Positions 23,149-24,000 of a stretch of 24,000 bases of DNA are shown in pieces. Source of the stretch: an uncultured Alphaproteobacteria bacterium. Its GTDB lineage: Bacteria; Pseudomonadota; Alphaproteobacteria; ATCC43930; CGMCC-115725. Location of the stretch: contig CAVSNJ010000028.1 of NCBI GenBank assembly GCA_963729295.1, positions 330,702 through 354,701 of the forward strand, given 5' to 3'. Within the stretch, counting starts at the first letter, position 1; every line of letters starts with the position of its first letter. The notes under the pieces were generated by a model, which was not told the origin of the DNA, did no database searches, and saw only the letters and a program-made list of their open reading frames with translations. Both the position numbers and the translations under genes were made by a program.

Positions 23149-24000
23149 CTATTCGAGCTGGAGGATACGCCCGAGGATACCGCTGAGCTTCTCCTGCGCC
23201 GCCAGGTGCAGCTCGCGGAAGCGGCGTTGCGTGCTCTCCGATGTGCGCGCGAGCGCGTCGCGGTCAGCGGCCCAGGCGGCGATCTGCTCGACCGCGCGCT
23301 CGACGAACTCCTCGCTCGCAAACGCGCGGCCGCCGGTCGCCTGCAGCAGATAGGCGATGCAGCCGCGGTCGGTCGCCACCACCGGAACGCCAACCGACAC
23401 GGCGTCGATGACGACGAGCGGCTCGGCCTCGTGCTCGTACATGGTCGGGAACAGGAACACGTCGATCAATTCGTAATAGCCTTGCACGTCGGTCTGCGGC
23501 AGCGGCCCGAGATAGCGCAGATAGTCGCCGAATTCGGACGATGCGCGCGCGATGAGCTGCTCGGTCTCCTCGTCGGTCGCGGGTCCGGCGACGACGAACT
23601 CGACCTCGACCGCGCGCGCGCGAAGCCGGCGCAGGCATTCGAGCACGTACTCGATCCCCTTCTCGCGCGAGAGATTGCTCAAGTGGCCGACGCGGATGCG
23701 GCGGCCCTCGAAATTGCGCACGCGCTCGACCGGCGGAATGAAGACGGAATTCGACAAAATCTCGATCCGCTTCGCGCCCGTGTAGAAACGGCGCAGGCCC
23801 CACTGCATCGGCGGCGCCAGCACGATATGCACCGCGCGCGGCCCGCAGAGCCGGAGGAACAGCGCCATCAGCGCCGAGCGTTGCCGCATGTTGCGGTAGG
23901 AGTGGTAATGCACATACAGCATGTAGCCGAAGAGCCGGCTCGACGCGGCAAGGAAGGAGGAATAGAGCAGGCCGATGCCGCTGTGCGGGGCGAGATAGAT
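23149..24000 (-). CDS. Glycosyltransferase, GT-B fold family 4/1 (C-terminal 283 aa; N-terminus beyond window)
   Basis: The frame stays open to the window edge upstream of the track's first Met. The C-terminal GT1/GT4 signature is FLFPTMYEHEAEPLVVIDAVSVGVPVVATDRG. The stop lies 3 nt before the PAP2 ATG. Confidence 0.8.
   Translation of the reverse strand: MYLAPHSGIGLLYSSFLAASSRLFGYMLYVHYHSYRNMRQRSALMALFLRLCGPRAVHIVLAPPMQWGLRRFYTGAKRIEILSNSVFIPPVERVRNFEGRRIRVGHLSNLSREKGIEYVLECLRRLRARAVEVEFVVAGPATDEETEQLIARASSEFGDYLRYLGPLPQTDVQGYYELIDVFLFPTMYEHEAEPLVVIDAVSVGVPVVATDRGCIAYLLQATGGRAFASEEFVERAVEQIAAWAADRDALARTSESTQRRFRELHLAAQEKLSGILGRILQLE

Noticed and set aside
1-24000. CRISPR arrays, tRNA/rRNA genes, transposase, integrase or phage genes, toxin-antitoxin pairs
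   Set aside because: No regularly spaced short repeats were seen. No intergenic gap is long enough for a tRNA other than the hairpin-element region, which has no cloverleaf. No ORF has transposase, integrase or TA-like sequence.

Overview
This is a high-GC, densely coding chromosomal window. Its gene content looks alphaproteobacterial (Hyphomicrobiales/Rhizobiales-like), which is an inference. I saw no rRNA, tRNA, CRISPR array, intact IS or phage genes. Most long ORFs in the six-frame track are antisense or out-of-frame artefacts of GC-rich DNA.

Layout:
(1) 1-5492 is an organic/aromatic-acid style module. It holds an edge-truncated AAHS-type MFS transporter, a ThDP-dependent enzyme whose frame is broken by a 1-nt shift, and a cupin whose stop overlaps that enzyme's start (ATGA). 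It also holds a divergent small cupin, a SnoaL/NTF2-like protein and a DmlA/TtuC-type tartrate/D-malate dehydrogenase.
(2) 5489-9591 holds biotin genes as two divergent coupled pairs, bioB-bioA (minus) and bioF-bioD (plus).
(3) 9588-9754 holds two tandem, oppositely oriented nested-hairpin repeats of about 77 bp with CTAG termini and compensatory arm changes.
(4) 9766-19238 is an uncharacterised accessory-looking cluster. It contains a stand-alone formyltransferase resembling the N-terminal domain of 10-formyl-THF dehydrogenase and a convergent ANL adenylate-forming ligase. Next come a tandem duplicated pair of small beta-barrel outer-membrane proteins and a motif-stripped paralogue of the ligase that lacks the C-terminal domain. 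It ends with Rieske oxygenase alpha and beta subunits (no electron-transfer partners) and two tandem TRAP substrate-binding proteins (no membrane subunits).
(5) 19249-24000 is a minus-strand gene string: partial GT4 glycosyltransferase, PAP2-like membrane phosphatase, acyl-CoA-dehydrogenase-fold flavin monooxygenase-like protein, an orphan NitT/TauT-type ABC ATPase and a signal-peptide-less LVIVD beta-propeller protein.

The best candidates for something new are the hairpin repeat pair, the ligase plus dead-paralogue / formyltransferase / Rieske cluster, and the orphan ATPase-LVIVD pair. All functional interpretations rest on motif recognition by eye and need database confirmation.
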